Assembly (NCBI GenBank): GCA_038851035.1
Contig: JAWCLH010000005.1
Span: 51,251-115,250 of the forward strand
DNA length: 64,000 nt
Reading direction: 5' to 3'
Source: Thermoplasmata archaeon
GTDB taxonomy: Archaea; Thermoplasmatota; DTKX01; VGTL01
Positions 1-9,218 of this stretch are shown in pieces. Position numbers and translations under genes: made by a program. Numbering within the stretch: the stretch's first letter is position 1; each line of letters opens with the position of its first letter. Under the pieces are notes generated by a model that had not been told where the DNA came from, made no database searches, and saw nothing but the letters and a program-made list of their open reading frames with translations.

Positions 1-798
1 TCTCCCAAACGATATACAGTTTGTCCCCGAGCGCCATCGCGGTGGGTTCCTCGTTGTAGTCCCTGTCGGTGTCGGGCGAGACCTTGACCGGTGGGTCCCA
101 CCTCTCCCCGTCGAAGGCGCGGAGCCAGATATCTGAGTAGAGGTACCCATCGTACTGGACATTCCTTTCCCAGACCACATAGAGCTTTCCTTTGAAGACC
201 GCGGCTGTGGGGAACTGGTTAGCCCCCCTCCTTGAGAAGTTGTAGGGCTCGACGGGGCCGTTGACCATGAAGTTCTCACTCCATCTCTCGCCGTCGAAGC
301 TCTTGATGAGAATCTCGACCCAACCGACATTGGCCTCAGGGACCTGGGCCCTATCTGCGCTCGCCCAGACCACATAAAGCTTGTCCTTGAAGACGACGGG
401 GAATAGCTTCTCATTCCTGTGCTCTCCCTCGAAAGTGGAGACGGAACCGGTGAGGCTCTTGACTTCGCTGAGCGAGACGATTCCGCCGATATTCTCATAG
501 GTCCGGTAGTAGAGGTTGCCGTGGTGACCGCGCCAGACGCCGCTGGGGTCGTCGCCCTCCCAGAATATGTATAATTTCCCTCTGAATTCAATCACCTGCG
601 GGTCCCGGATGTAGTGCTCCGCGCCCGTCCAGTCCGCGGCGACGGAAATAGTCTGAGGGATTGGGACGGCGCTCGCAGCGGGGAACTGGGGAAGGAGGAG
701 GAGGACGATGAGGATGGTCGGGGCCGGCCAGGCGGGGAGGGCATCCCGTTCGTTTCGGGCTCTGGGTGGCGGCGTTAATACGGTCCTGGGGGGCCTCA
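1..798 (-). CDS. Secreted repeat protein, N-terminal part (gene continues past window start)
   Basis: Reverse strand translation from ATG at 798 gives a signal-peptide-like N-terminus (MRPPRTVLTPPPRARNERDALPAWPAPTILIVLLLLPQFPAASA). It is followed by repeated ~45 aa units with KLY(V/I)xW and DGERW motifs, a beta-propeller-like repeat. Start overlaps the stop of the upstream gene (ATGA). Not in the ORF track because it runs off the window. Confidence 0.5.
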
Positions 799-2814
799 TT
801 CTTCCACCACCCCTCGATTTCTAAATAACTCTCTTGACGCACAGTACAGGGTCTTTCCCTTCCATATCCCCCCGCGCCCGCCGCGGACGAGTAGAAGCGG
901 CGCGGAGAACGCCAAAAGTATTGCAAGCGCGGCCGCGATGGCACAGGTCCTGGGTGCCTTCGTCACCTCTACTGTGACCGTGTTGACCTCCGCGTCGGTC
1001 CCATTAAGTTCGACTCCCAGGACGTGCCTTCCCTCACGCGCCCTCCAGACAAGAGACACCTCTTTAATGTCCCCTGGCAGGAGCTCGAGCGGCCCCTCCC
1101 TAGGGGAGCTCCGGGCGCCGTCCACGGTGAGCCAGAGGCTGATGGTGGTGCCGAGGTCGCCTGTGTTGTTCAGGGTAAGTCTCAGCTTCACTTCCGAGCC
1201 TTCCGTCGCCCTTGATGGCCCCTGCAAGAAGCCCTCGATTCTGGTTGCCGGTGACCTTCCCAAACAGTACAGCTGGCCATCCTTGGTGCAGGCAAAGACT
1301 CTCCCATCCGCGAGAACGGGTGAGGAGAAGAATGGCGATTCCGAATGGAAGGTCCATTCCAAGAAACCACTGGTCCGAGCACACACCATGGTACCCCTAC
1401 CGCCGCTCGTACCGAAGTATACATAGCCACGAGCGGCCGCGGCCGAAGTATCCACGGGGGCGAATGGCAGGCCCCAGAAGCGCTGGTTTCTGTCGGGATG
1501 GTGCCCGACAAACTCAGCCGATGTTCCAATGTAGAGGCCTCCGCCAAGAAGCGCTGGAGAGGAAATCGAGGCAGGATAGCTCGTGTTGAACTGGTAGGTG
1601 CCGTCGGGAATGTAGAACTGGTAGAGGCTAAAGATGGAGAGCTCCTCTCGGAGAACGGAGACGAAGACATAGTTCTCGGACTTCTCATATGAGATCGCTG
1701 GCGTGGCGCGAATTCTCCCGCCAAGTTCGGCCGACCACAAGATATCTCCGTCGGTGAGGTTGAGGCACAGGAACCTTCCGGCCTCGTTCCCGATAAGAAC
1801 CTTGCCGCCCCTGACAGCCGGAGAGCAAAGATGAACAGGGGCTCCCGTGTCCCTCTCCCAGCGCTTGGTGCCTGTAGCGTTGAGGCAGTAGACGTATCCG
1901 TCTCCGGCCGCAATAAGGATATGGCCCTTGTGCACAACCGGGGAGGAAGAGATTCCGATCTCCGAGGAGCGCGCTCTGAACTCCCACGCGGTCTCCCCTG
2001 TGAGTGCATCAACCGCCAGAAACCGCCCATCGCTTAGACCGAAAAAAACCATTCCCGAGTGGAAGGCTGGGCTGGAGTACTGCCTGTCAGACGCACTCAG
2101 GTTCTTTTGCCAGAGAAGTCTCCCCGAATATTCATCGAGGCAGAGGAGCCTCGCCGGTCCCCGGCCGCGCCCGCCAGCGAGCACAAAGACCTTTCCATCT
2201 GCCACGCAAGGCGTTGAGTCCACGGGCGAGCTAAGGTCAGTGGTCCATTGGGTCAGATTTGAGAGGGGAGCGGGTGAGAGCGACTCGCCCGTCCTCCCAG
2301 AAGTGGAACGGAACATCGGCCAGGGGTACTTCGAGAGCGGGTCGGGAACGGGAGGGGACAGGTCTGAAGGGCACCAAGCGATCGCATCTCCGGGGCGCAG
2401 GAGCAGCTCTCTGGCGCCCCTCTCCCATGGCTCCCAGCGGCTGTTGGAGATGTTCCATAACAAGAGGCACCAGACCCATGAATCGGGAGGTGGGCTCAGA
2501 CCGCCTATCTCGATAAAAATCTGCCCGCCGCTCTCGTCGTACTGGAACACCTTGTCTAGGTCCGAGGCTGCGGAGTAGGAGACGGAGACGGCGTCAGCAG
2601 CTCCGGAGATCCGAACCTTCCCCCACACATAGTATTCCTCTCTGAAATAAAAGAGCACCTCGACACTCTCCGGGTCGCCGCCCGCACCCCTAGCCTGAGG
2701 GAACGGCGTGAGAATCGGCAGCGCTAGAAGCAGGACGATGGTAATGGCGACCGGAGCCCTTCCAGATGACCGGACGCTCATCCTTTTTCCCTTCTCCCTC
2801 CCGGCCTTCACCAC
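796..2814 (-). CDS. Secreted PQQ-like beta-propeller repeat protein with C-terminal membrane anchor
   Basis: 672 aa ORF. N-terminal hydrophobic signal (alternative start MSVRSS.. at 2781). Repeated motifs of the W-x-G-x-V(Y/F)-x-G-(S/T)-x-DG-x-L-x-A-(D/L) type typical of PQQ/BamB-like propeller blades (e.g. FLAVDALTGETAWEF, YVYCLNATGTKRWE, LYCLG). C-terminal hydrophobic segment plus basic tail. Confidence 0.65.
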   Translation of the reverse strand: MVKAGREKGKRMSVRSSGRAPVAITIVLLLALPILTPFPQARGAGGDPESVEVLFYFREEYYVWGKVRISGAADAVSVSYSAASDLDKVFQYDESGGQIFIEIGGLSPPPDSWVWCLLLWNISNSRWEPWERGARELLLRPGDAIAWCPSDLSPPVPDPLSKYPWPMFRSTSGRTGESLSPAPLSNLTQWTTDLSSPVDSTPCVADGKVFVLAGGRGRGPARLLCLDEYSGRLLWQKNLSASDRQYSSPAFHSGMVFFGLSDGRFLAVDALTGETAWEFRARSSEIGISSSPVVHKGHILIAAGDGYVYCLNATGTKRWERDTGAPVHLCSPAVRGGKVLIGNEAGRFLCLNLTDGDILWSAELGGRIRATPAISYEKSENYVFVSVLREELSIFSLYQFYIPDGTYQFNTSYPASISSPALLGGGLYIGTSAEFVGHHPDRNQRFWGLPFAPVDTSAAAARGYVYFGTSGGRGTMVCARTSGFLEWTFHSESPFFSSPVLADGRVFACTKDGQLYCLGRSPATRIEGFLQGPSRATEGSEVKLRLTLNNTGDLGTTISLWLTVDGARSSPREGPLELLPGDIKEVSLVWRAREGRHVLGVELNGTDAEVNTVTVEVTKAPRTCAIAAALAILLAFSAPLLLVRGGRGGIWKGKTLYCASRELFRNRGVVEE

Positions 2815-2941
2815 GCTTGGCCCTTACCATATTATTTAATATCATTTTTATGGTTCATTGGTTCTAATCAGCTTAATAGGCTTTCGCCGTACTTATGTAA
2901 GTTGGCCAATTGGAAAGTGGCCTAGCCTTCCCCCGTGCGCC

Positions 2942-4180
2942 TCAGCTCAACCGCACCTGCTCCATGTTACGGGGAAGGAGGACCTCGAATTCTTTCTCCA
3001 GCTCTGCGGCCAGCTTCTCCCGGCTGTCCCCGTGGAACAGAACGACCTTCTCTGGGCCGCAGCCCTTAGCGAATTCGATGAGCTCGGAGTGCCCGCAATG
3101 GGCAGAGAAGTCGTAGAACTCGACCCCTGGCTCTATTTCCTCCGGACCCTCCCCGAGGTCGATTCTGCCCTTCTCGAGCAGGAGGCGACCATTGGTGCCC
3201 TCGACCTGATATCCGGTGATAAAGACCGCACTCCTCCTATCGCGCTTGAGGAGCCTCAGATACTCGAGGATTGGCCCGCCCTCTAGCATCCCTCCGGTTG
3301 TGACCACGACCTCGCTCCGCGCCGCTGCGGCCCTGAGATGCTCACCCCTGACGTATCTCACTCTCTTGTCAGCCTTACGGAGGAGTTCTGGGTCCCTGAG
3401 AAACCCGGGCTGCTCCAGCAGGATGCGGTTGACCTTCTGGCCCATGCCGTCGAGCCAGATGTTGACGCGGAGGCGGAGCAGCATCATCAGGACCTCCTGC
3501 GTGCGGCCGACCGCGAAAACGGGAATGAGAGCTTTACCGCCGCGCTCCACGACCTCTTCCACCCTTTCGAGAAACCTCTTCTCTGTCTCTTTCCTGTCTG
3601 GATGCTCCCTGCCCGCGTATGTGCTTTCCATGAAAAGAATGTCGCATCTGCGGGGCCGCGTCCCGCGGACGAGATGAGTGTCTGAAGTGTTGATGTCTCC
3701 AGTGAAGAGAACTTTCCTGCTCCCTTCGAGCTCAAACATTGCGGCGCCAGGTATGTGGCCTGCGGGACGGAGCCTGACCTCGACCCCGTTGACATCCCGG
3801 TTGCTACCGAAGCCGGCGATATCGAAGTTCTCCTGAACCCGCTCGATATCGGAGGAGCCGTAGGGCAGGGTGTACCCCTCATTCCTCGCCACCTTCAGGC
3901 CGTCGTAGCAAAGGAGCTCTGACATCGCCTTTGTGGGCAGAGTGGCAAGGATAGGGGCGCCCGTGCGTGCGGGGAGCGAGGGCACGAGACCGGCGTGGTC
4001 CATATGAGCATGGCTGATGAGCACCAGGTCTGGCTCTAGCGCTGGTTCACGCGGGAACCGTGGGGGACGGCTAGGCGCGTAGCCATAGTCGCACAGGAAG
4101 CGCGCTCCATCCAGTGTGAGCTCGAGGGCTGCGCTGCCGACCTCGTTCGCACCGCCCAGGAATCGAAAGCTCAGGGCCAT
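2942..4180 (-). CDS. Metallo-beta-lactamase/beta-CASP ribonuclease (archaeal CPSF-like, short form without KH domains)
   Basis: 412 aa. HxHxDH motif (ISHAHMDHAG). Downstream beta-CASP-type conserved D/H residues and a C-terminal H motif (FSAHCGHSELIEF...VVLFHGD). Length matches the short aCPSF2-type enzymes. Confidence 0.7.
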   Translation of the reverse strand: MALSFRFLGGANEVGSAALELTLDGARFLCDYGYAPSRPPRFPREPALEPDLVLISHAHMDHAGLVPSLPARTGAPILATLPTKAMSELLCYDGLKVARNEGYTLPYGSSDIERVQENFDIAGFGSNRDVNGVEVRLRPAGHIPGAAMFELEGSRKVLFTGDINTSDTHLVRGTRPRRCDILFMESTYAGREHPDRKETEKRFLERVEEVVERGGKALIPVFAVGRTQEVLMMLLRLRVNIWLDGMGQKVNRILLEQPGFLRDPELLRKADKRVRYVRGEHLRAAAARSEVVVTTGGMLEGGPILEYLRLLKRDRRSAVFITGYQVEGTNGRLLLEKGRIDLGEGPEEIEPGVEFYDFSAHCGHSELIEFAKGCGPEKVVLFHGDSREKLAAELEKEFEVLLPRNMEQVRLS

Positions 4181-4369
4181 CGGTCTTGTATTCGGGTGTG
4201 GTTATTAAAGGTTTGCAGGCGACCTTAGAAGCATCTATACCCTTCTCCTGATATAATTCGGAGAAATAAAATCCGATACCTCTTCTAACCCCCTACCCAT
4301 TCCCGGTCTCAACTTTTTCCGAAAACAATTTGAACCCGCAGCGGCATTCTCTCCTGGAGCAGGCCATTG

Positions 4370-4444
4370 GGGCTCATGGTCTAGCTGGCTATGACATCGC
4401 TCTCACACAGCGAAGGTCGCCGGTTCGAATCCGGCTGAGCCCAC
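4370..4444 (+). tRNA. tRNA-Val (anticodon CAC)
   Basis: Manual fold: acceptor GGGCTCA/TGAGCCC, T-arm GCCGG-TTCGAAT-CCGGC, anticodon stem TCGCT/AGCGA with loop CTCACAC (U33, CAC, A37), discriminator A. No encoded CCA. Confidence 0.8.
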
Positions 4445-4530
4445 TTTCCAGTTATTAAACACTCAGCACGGGTCCTCGGCGACCTGCGCTCGCCTGCGGT
4501 CCGGCTGAGCCCACTTTCCAGTTATTAAAG
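4431..4530 (+). repeat. 30-bp perfect direct repeat (4431-4460 and 4501-4530) covering the last 14 nt of tRNA-Val plus 16 nt of 3' flank, separated by a 40-bp spacer
   Basis: The sequence tccggctgagcccactttccagttattaaa occurs twice. The first copy is the genuine tRNA 3' end. Confidence 0.85.
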
Positions 4531-4638
4531 TTTCAGCCTTACAATGAGCAGCACTATGCCGTTTCTCCTGCTGCTCTCCGAACTACCCGAGCCTACTATG
4601 ACTCTTCTGGGCCAGCCCAAGTCCCGAGGAAAAATCGC

Positions 4639-5316
4639 TCATACTTCTCTCAAATAACCCTCAATGAACCGCTTCACCCTCTCTTTTCCCTCAAATACCC
4701 CGAAGTGCCCTTCGCAGAGGATGTCCGCCTCAAGAGCCAGGACCCTGCTCATGGACCTCCTCCACTCATCAATGTCCGAGCCAAAATCCGGGTCGAATGG
4801 CCCGTGGATGTCCTGACCGAAGAGGACCTTCTTGCCTTCAATATCAGCCCACACGACGATGCTCCCGGGCGTGTGGCCGGGCGTGTGGAGGAGGTGGAGC
4901 TCGACGCCTCCAACGATCCTCCTTTCTTCTTCTGACCTGAGAATATCGTCCACCCCGACCGGCTCGAGTCGAATTCCATACCACCCTTCCGCGGACTTGC
5001 TGGGGTTCCTGCCCTGAATCGCGTCCATATCGAGCTCGTGCGCGACTATCCTGCAGCCAGTGCGCCGTTTTATCTCCGCCGCTCCGCCTACGTGGTCGAT
5101 GTGGCCGTGGGTGAGAACTAGGGTCCTGAGGACCGCACCGGGAGATGCCCGCTCTATGTTCTTCAATATAGCGGGAGCGCTGGGCCCGGCCCCAGCGTCA
5201 ATCAGCAGCTGTTCTCCTTGTATAGAGAGAAGATATACCATGCAGTCTCGCGGGTCGGTGAGCTCCGGTCCTCCAACTACGCAAATTCTTCCCCCTATTA
5301 ATGCCGGCGTCTGCAT
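4639..5316 (-). CDS. MBL-fold metallo-hydrolase (glyoxalase II-like)
   Basis: THGHIDHVGG (HxHxDH) and a downstream HTPGHTPGS motif. Start placed at MQTPALIGGR (5316) because the upstream 11 codons of the track ORF run through AT-rich promoter-like sequence. Confidence 0.7.
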   Translation of the reverse strand: MQTPALIGGRICVVGGPELTDPRDCMVYLLSIQGEQLLIDAGAGPSAPAILKNIERASPGAVLRTLVLTHGHIDHVGGAAEIKRRTGCRIVAHELDMDAIQGRNPSKSAEGWYGIRLEPVGVDDILRSEEERRIVGGVELHLLHTPGHTPGSIVVWADIEGKKVLFGQDIHGPFDPDFGSDIDEWRRSMSRVLALEADILCEGHFGVFEGKERVKRFIEGYLREV

Positions 5317-5367
5317 ATGTGGGATAATGCACAATAAAAAAGATAGCATTTTCTTTGAGGAGGCACA

Positions 5368-6168
5368 TTAGAATTTTTCAAGCACCTTTCTGGCGAAGGT
5401 CAAGTAGCCGCTATGCCCCAGCATATCGAACGCTGGCCTAATGCCCCTCTCCACAACAGCCATTTCACGCTGGAGCGTCTCGATGGTGAAGACCTCGATG
5501 AATCTCATCTCATTGAGCGCACGCACAGTCTGCTCCACTTGGTTCACCGTGGGGGAGTAGGATGCAAGATGGCCACAGGGCGCAAGGGCCTGCCACGCGT
5601 TCTCCAGTGCCCGCCAGGGCTCGGGGATGTCCAGAACAACGGCATCCACACCCCTCTCCTCTATACCGCCGGTCGTGCAGACGTCGCCCTCTTTAAAAGT
5701 GCACACACCGCCGTACCCCGCCGCCTCCACATTCCTCCGGGCTAAACTGAGAAAATCGGCTCTGGTGTCATAAGAAATAACCCTGCCGTCTGGGGCCACG
5801 GCGTGGGCGAGCGCAAGCGTGAGGGCCCCCGAGCCGCTCCCGCCCTCCACGACCACGCTCCCAGCGGAGATATCGCAATTCATTATTATAAGGGCGGAGT
5901 CCTTTGGCAGGATTATCTGTGCCCTTCTTTTGAGCGTCTCGATATGGTCCAGCAGAGAGGGCTTCAGGACTATGAAGCGCCTCTCGCCAAATTTTATTAC
6001 CGAACCGTAGGGGACCCCGATGAGTCTCCCAGTGTCCACGACCCCAACGCCCTCGACTCGTCTCACGCCCTCCTCCACTGCAGCGGGTATCTTCATCCCG
6101 CCCTCGCTCAGGAGGATGACCCTCTCGCCCCTCCTGACCTCGCTCCCGCCCCGGTTCGTATCCTCCAT
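5368..6168 (-). CDS. trmI: tRNA (adenine-N1)-methyltransferase, TrmI/Gcd14 family
   Basis: 266 aa. SAM-binding motif VVEGGSGSGALTLALA, and overall layout (N-terminal beta domain plus Rossmann MTase) matches tRNA m1A58 MTase. Family-level call. Confidence 0.6.
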   Translation of the reverse strand: MEDTNRGGSEVRRGERVILLSEGGMKIPAAVEEGVRRVEGVGVVDTGRLIGVPYGSVIKFGERRFIVLKPSLLDHIETLKRRAQIILPKDSALIIMNCDISAGSVVVEGGSGSGALTLALAHAVAPDGRVISYDTRADFLSLARRNVEAAGYGGVCTFKEGDVCTTGGIEERGVDAVVLDIPEPWRALENAWQALAPCGHLASYSPTVNQVEQTVRALNEMRFIEVFTIETLQREMAVVERGIRPAFDMLGHSGYLTFARKVLEKF

Positions 6169-6305
6169 CCCCTCATCCTCTTTCCTCTCTGGCGCTCCAG
6201 TCTCTCAATGGCGTGTCCCGCGCCACAGGCCCGGACCACCGTCCCCCATCGACCAGGAAGTCCCCCGTCGCATTCCTTCCCCCCTGACATTGCCCATTCG
6301 CGCCT

Positions 6306-8060
6306 TTACTTCCCCCAGAACGGCTTCTCTTTCTGATGAATCTCACACACCCGGTTCAGGCACTCAATCTCGTCTATGTTGAGCTCGAGCTTCCTTAGCT
6401 CCCTGACGTGGTGCTCCGGAATGTCCACATAGAGAACGTCTTCGACGCAGAGCTGTCTGCCGACGGTCGCGCCCTCGATCGCGATTGCAACATCCTGGCC
6501 CGTCAGCGCCTCCTTCAGTGGTTCATTGTCCTTTTGGATGCTCTTTATTCTCCCGATGACCCTACCATCCTCCCTCAAGATGGACTGGCCGGGCCTCAGC
6601 CTGCCCGCCAGAACCCGCACCCCGACCACAGCAGGCTTGCTGACTCTGAAGACGCAGCCCGGCAGCACCATGAACTTCCCCGGGTGGACCAGCTCGGCCC
6701 TCCTGTCCCGCTCGAGCTCGGCCTTCCTCCTCTCCCTCCAGGCAAGATAATCCTCGACGAGTTTGTAGATGATATTATTCTCGATAACCGCCACGCCCTC
6801 TTTTTCAAGCTCCTCCCGTGCATCCGGAAGAACGTGGGTGTTAAAAGCGAGAATAGCCCTGTTCAGGGGGTTCTTCTCGGTCGCGGCCTCGACGACGTCT
6901 CTTCTGCAGACCTCCCCGACCTCCGCCCGCTTAATGGTGATTCCTGCGGCCCTGAGCTCGAACGCCAGCGCCTCGAGAGAGCCGATGGCGTCTGCCCTGA
7001 TGATGATGCCCTCTTCCGAGGTCTCCACCGCTGGTCTGCTCTCCTCCTCCACTTTCCGGACCTGCTCCTCGAGCTCCCCCTCAACTACTCGAAGGGGGGC
7101 CCCAGCGACCACACCCTCGAGTTCCTGCGCAGATATCTTGATGCCGGCGGCGGCACTTACCGATTTGACAGAGTCGAACCTCTGCCGCGGGTCGCGAATC
7201 TCATCGAGTGGCTTGGGCCTCAGAAGCGCCCTGACCTTCGTGCAGAGCGGCTTTCCGCAGGTTCCGACGAGGATGGTGTCGCCCTTTTTTATCGTTCCTG
7301 CATAGATTATCGCATCGAGGGTTTTCCCCAGGCCCTTCTCCTCCTTCACCTCGAGCACCGTCCCCTCGGCCGGTCCATCCTCGGTCCTGAGCTGCTCCTC
7401 GAGGAACTTCTGGGCGAGCCCTACCAGCACTGCGAGAAGGTCTGGCACCCCCTCCCCGGACTTTGCGCTGACGGGGACAATCATGATGTTCTTCGTGAAG
7501 TCACTGATGCGGTCGTAGCGATCGGCGGAGAAGCCCTCGCGGTGCAGGGCTTCGGATAGCTTGTAGATTCTCGTGTCCATCTCGGAGACCGCGCTCTCAA
7601 GCTGCTCGGAGAGCCCTTTGATGACGCACTGGCCCCTGCGCTCCCTCCAGCCTGGAATGAGGTCGATCTTGTTGGCCGCCACCACGAATGGTGTTCTGTA
7701 TTTCCTCAGGATGCTGAGGGACTCAATCGTCTGGGGCCTGAAGCCCTCCATGATGTCCACGACGAGCACCGCGAGGTCTGCTAAAGAGCCGCCCCGGGCG
7801 CGCAGGGTTGTGAAGGCCTGGTGGCCCGGAGTGTCTATGAAGAGAAGCCCGGGAATTCTCAGGCTCCGCCCCCTCACGAGCTCTCCGCAGCGCTCGAGGA
7901 TTACGTCAATGGGGACCTCGCTGGCGCCGATGTGCTGTGTGATTCTCCCCACCTCCCTCTCCGCAACATCGGTGCAGCCCCTTATGGCGTCGAGGAGGGT
8001 GGTCTTCCCATGGTCCACATGACCGAGGACACTGACAATGGGCTGGCGGACCCTTGACAT
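6306..8060 (-). CDS. infB: Translation initiation factor aIF5B (IF-2)
   Basis: 584 aa. G1 motif VLGHVDHGKTTLLDAIRG, DTPGH switch II, NKID. Beta-barrel domains follow. Classic position next to the rpl7ae-rps28e-rpl24e cluster. Confidence 0.9.
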   Translation of the reverse strand: MSRVRQPIVSVLGHVDHGKTTLLDAIRGCTDVAEREVGRITQHIGASEVPIDVILERCGELVRGRSLRIPGLLFIDTPGHQAFTTLRARGGSLADLAVLVVDIMEGFRPQTIESLSILRKYRTPFVVAANKIDLIPGWRERRGQCVIKGLSEQLESAVSEMDTRIYKLSEALHREGFSADRYDRISDFTKNIMIVPVSAKSGEGVPDLLAVLVGLAQKFLEEQLRTEDGPAEGTVLEVKEEKGLGKTLDAIIYAGTIKKGDTILVGTCGKPLCTKVRALLRPKPLDEIRDPRQRFDSVKSVSAAAGIKISAQELEGVVAGAPLRVVEGELEEQVRKVEEESRPAVETSEEGIIIRADAIGSLEALAFELRAAGITIKRAEVGEVCRRDVVEAATEKNPLNRAILAFNTHVLPDAREELEKEGVAVIENNIIYKLVEDYLAWRERRKAELERDRRAELVHPGKFMVLPGCVFRVSKPAVVGVRVLAGRLRPGQSILREDGRVIGRIKSIQKDNEPLKEALTGQDVAIAIEGATVGRQLCVEDVLYVDIPEHHVRELRKLELNIDEIECLNRVCEIHQKEKPFWGK

Positions 8061-8182
8061 TTTTTTTCCGCTCCCTTCGACACACCCTACGATGCATAGT
8101 CATTCAGAGCCCTGCCCAGCCCCGCAACCTCCCAGAGGACCACCATTATCCGGCGATTCTCCCCCACTCCTGGAGCCGGACT

Positions 8183-8365
8183 CTATCCTCTCTGGTAGCT
8201 CTTCGTCCATTTCGTATGTCGCGGAACTCTTCCCAGCTTGAGCAGGTTCTTCTCGCACTTGCTTGTGCAGAAGTGGAAGATACTCCCGTCCTTCCTCACG
8301 AACATCTTCCCGGTGCCGGGCTCTATCTCGTTCCCGCAGAACGAGCACAGCCTTCTCTCAACCAT
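8183..8365 (-). CDS. rpl24e: Ribosomal protein L24e
   Basis: 60 aa [40 protein letters not shown], the C4 zinc-ribbon L24e signature. Confidence 0.9.
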   Translation of the reverse strand: MVERRLCSFCGNEIEPGTGKMFVRKDGSIFHFCTSKCEKNLLKLGRVPRHTKWTKSYQRG

Positions 8366-8372
8366 CCCGGCA

Positions 8373-8594
8373 TCACCTTACGTTCAGCTTGCGGGCCTCG
8401 CGGGCGGTCTCCTTGAGCATCACGATGTCGCCCGTCTGGACCGGTCCGAAGATGTTCCGCGTGATGATTCTACCCTTGTCCCGCCCGTCCAGCACTCTGA
8501 CCTTGACCTGTGTGGCCTCGCCGCACATCCCCGTGCGGCCGATTATCTCAACGACCTCGGATGGGATGCCGTCCTCCTCTGCCACCGGCGCCAC
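8373..8594 (-). CDS. rps28e: Ribosomal protein S28e
   Basis: 73 aa with [58 protein letters not shown], the hallmark S28e sequence. Confidence 0.9.
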   Translation of the reverse strand: MAPVAEEDGIPSEVVEIIGRTGMCGEATQVKVRVLDGRDKGRIITRNIFGPVQTGDIVMLKETAREARKLNVR

Positions 8595-8598
8595 CCCC

Positions 8599-8976
8599 CT
8601 ACTTTCTTAGCTGGGCGATCTTCGCTGCCAGCTCCTCTAGAATTGCCTTCCCTTTTCCGGGGTCAATCACCGCCACTGAGGCCGTGGGGACATCGAGGCC
8701 GGCGGCCCTGCCCAGCTCCTGCTTGGCCGGCACGTAAATGTAGGGCACGTTCCTCTCCTCGCAGAGGAAGGGCATGTGGGCCAGAATCTCCTCCGGCTGC
8801 ACGTCCTCCGACATTACCACGAGCTTCGCCTGACCACGCTCCACCATCTTCGTGACCTCGTTGGAGCCCTTGCATATCTTGCCGGACTCTCTGGCGAGCT
8901 CCACCACCTCATAGGCCCTGTCCGCGACCTCCTTCGGCGTCTCGAACCTAACATACATCGGTTTGGCCATCTCCAT
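8599..8976 (-). CDS. rpl7ae: Ribosomal protein L7Ae (k-turn binding)
   Basis: [64 protein letters not shown]... is the typical L7Ae/L30e fold sequence. Start set at 8976 (or 8970). The track ORF start at 9012 would run into the promoter/5'UTR. Confidence 0.9.
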   Translation of the reverse strand: MEMAKPMYVRFETPKEVADRAYEVVELARESGKICKGSNEVTKMVERGQAKLVVMSEDVQPEEILAHMPFLCEERNVPYIYVPAKQELGRAAGLDVPTASVAVIDPGKGKAILEELAAKIAQLRK

Positions 8977-8983
8977 TCCTCCC

Positions 8984-9049
8984 TCAGGCCCCTCAACAGG
9001 GGCCCTCATCACTCACAGGCCTGTGGGCAAGCGAGTTCCCCTTTATAAA
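8984..9049 (-). promoter_or_regulatory. rpl7ae promoter TATA box (9042-9049) and a C/D-like k-turn element in the 5'UTR (box C GUGAUGA at 9006-9012, hairpin, box D CUGA at 8984-8987)
   Basis: Reverse strand reads TTTATAAA, about 28 nt, then GUGAUGA-GGGCCCCUGUUGAGGGGCC-UGAGG, then AGGA ATG. Box C RUGAUGA and box D CUGA flank a GC hairpin, giving the canonical k-turn geometry. Confidence 0.55.
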
Positions 9050-9218
9050 CCCTTCTCCCCGGCACCGGAGGGTCGGGGTCTGCAGGGGCAGAGCCAGGCA
9101 CCGTTTCACCCGCCGGGTTCACAGGGTCGGTCCTGGAGAGCTCCAGCCCGGCTCCGGAACCGATGGATACCAGCTTATTCCACAATGAATATTAACCCGA
9201 GCGGACAGAAGGTACAGT

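Noticed and set aside
4431-4530. Intact integrated mobile element at the tRNA-Val or tRNA-Thr duplications
   Set aside because: The att-like copies are only 40-59 bp apart and no integrase, transposase or cargo genes are present anywhere in the window. At most these are remnants.
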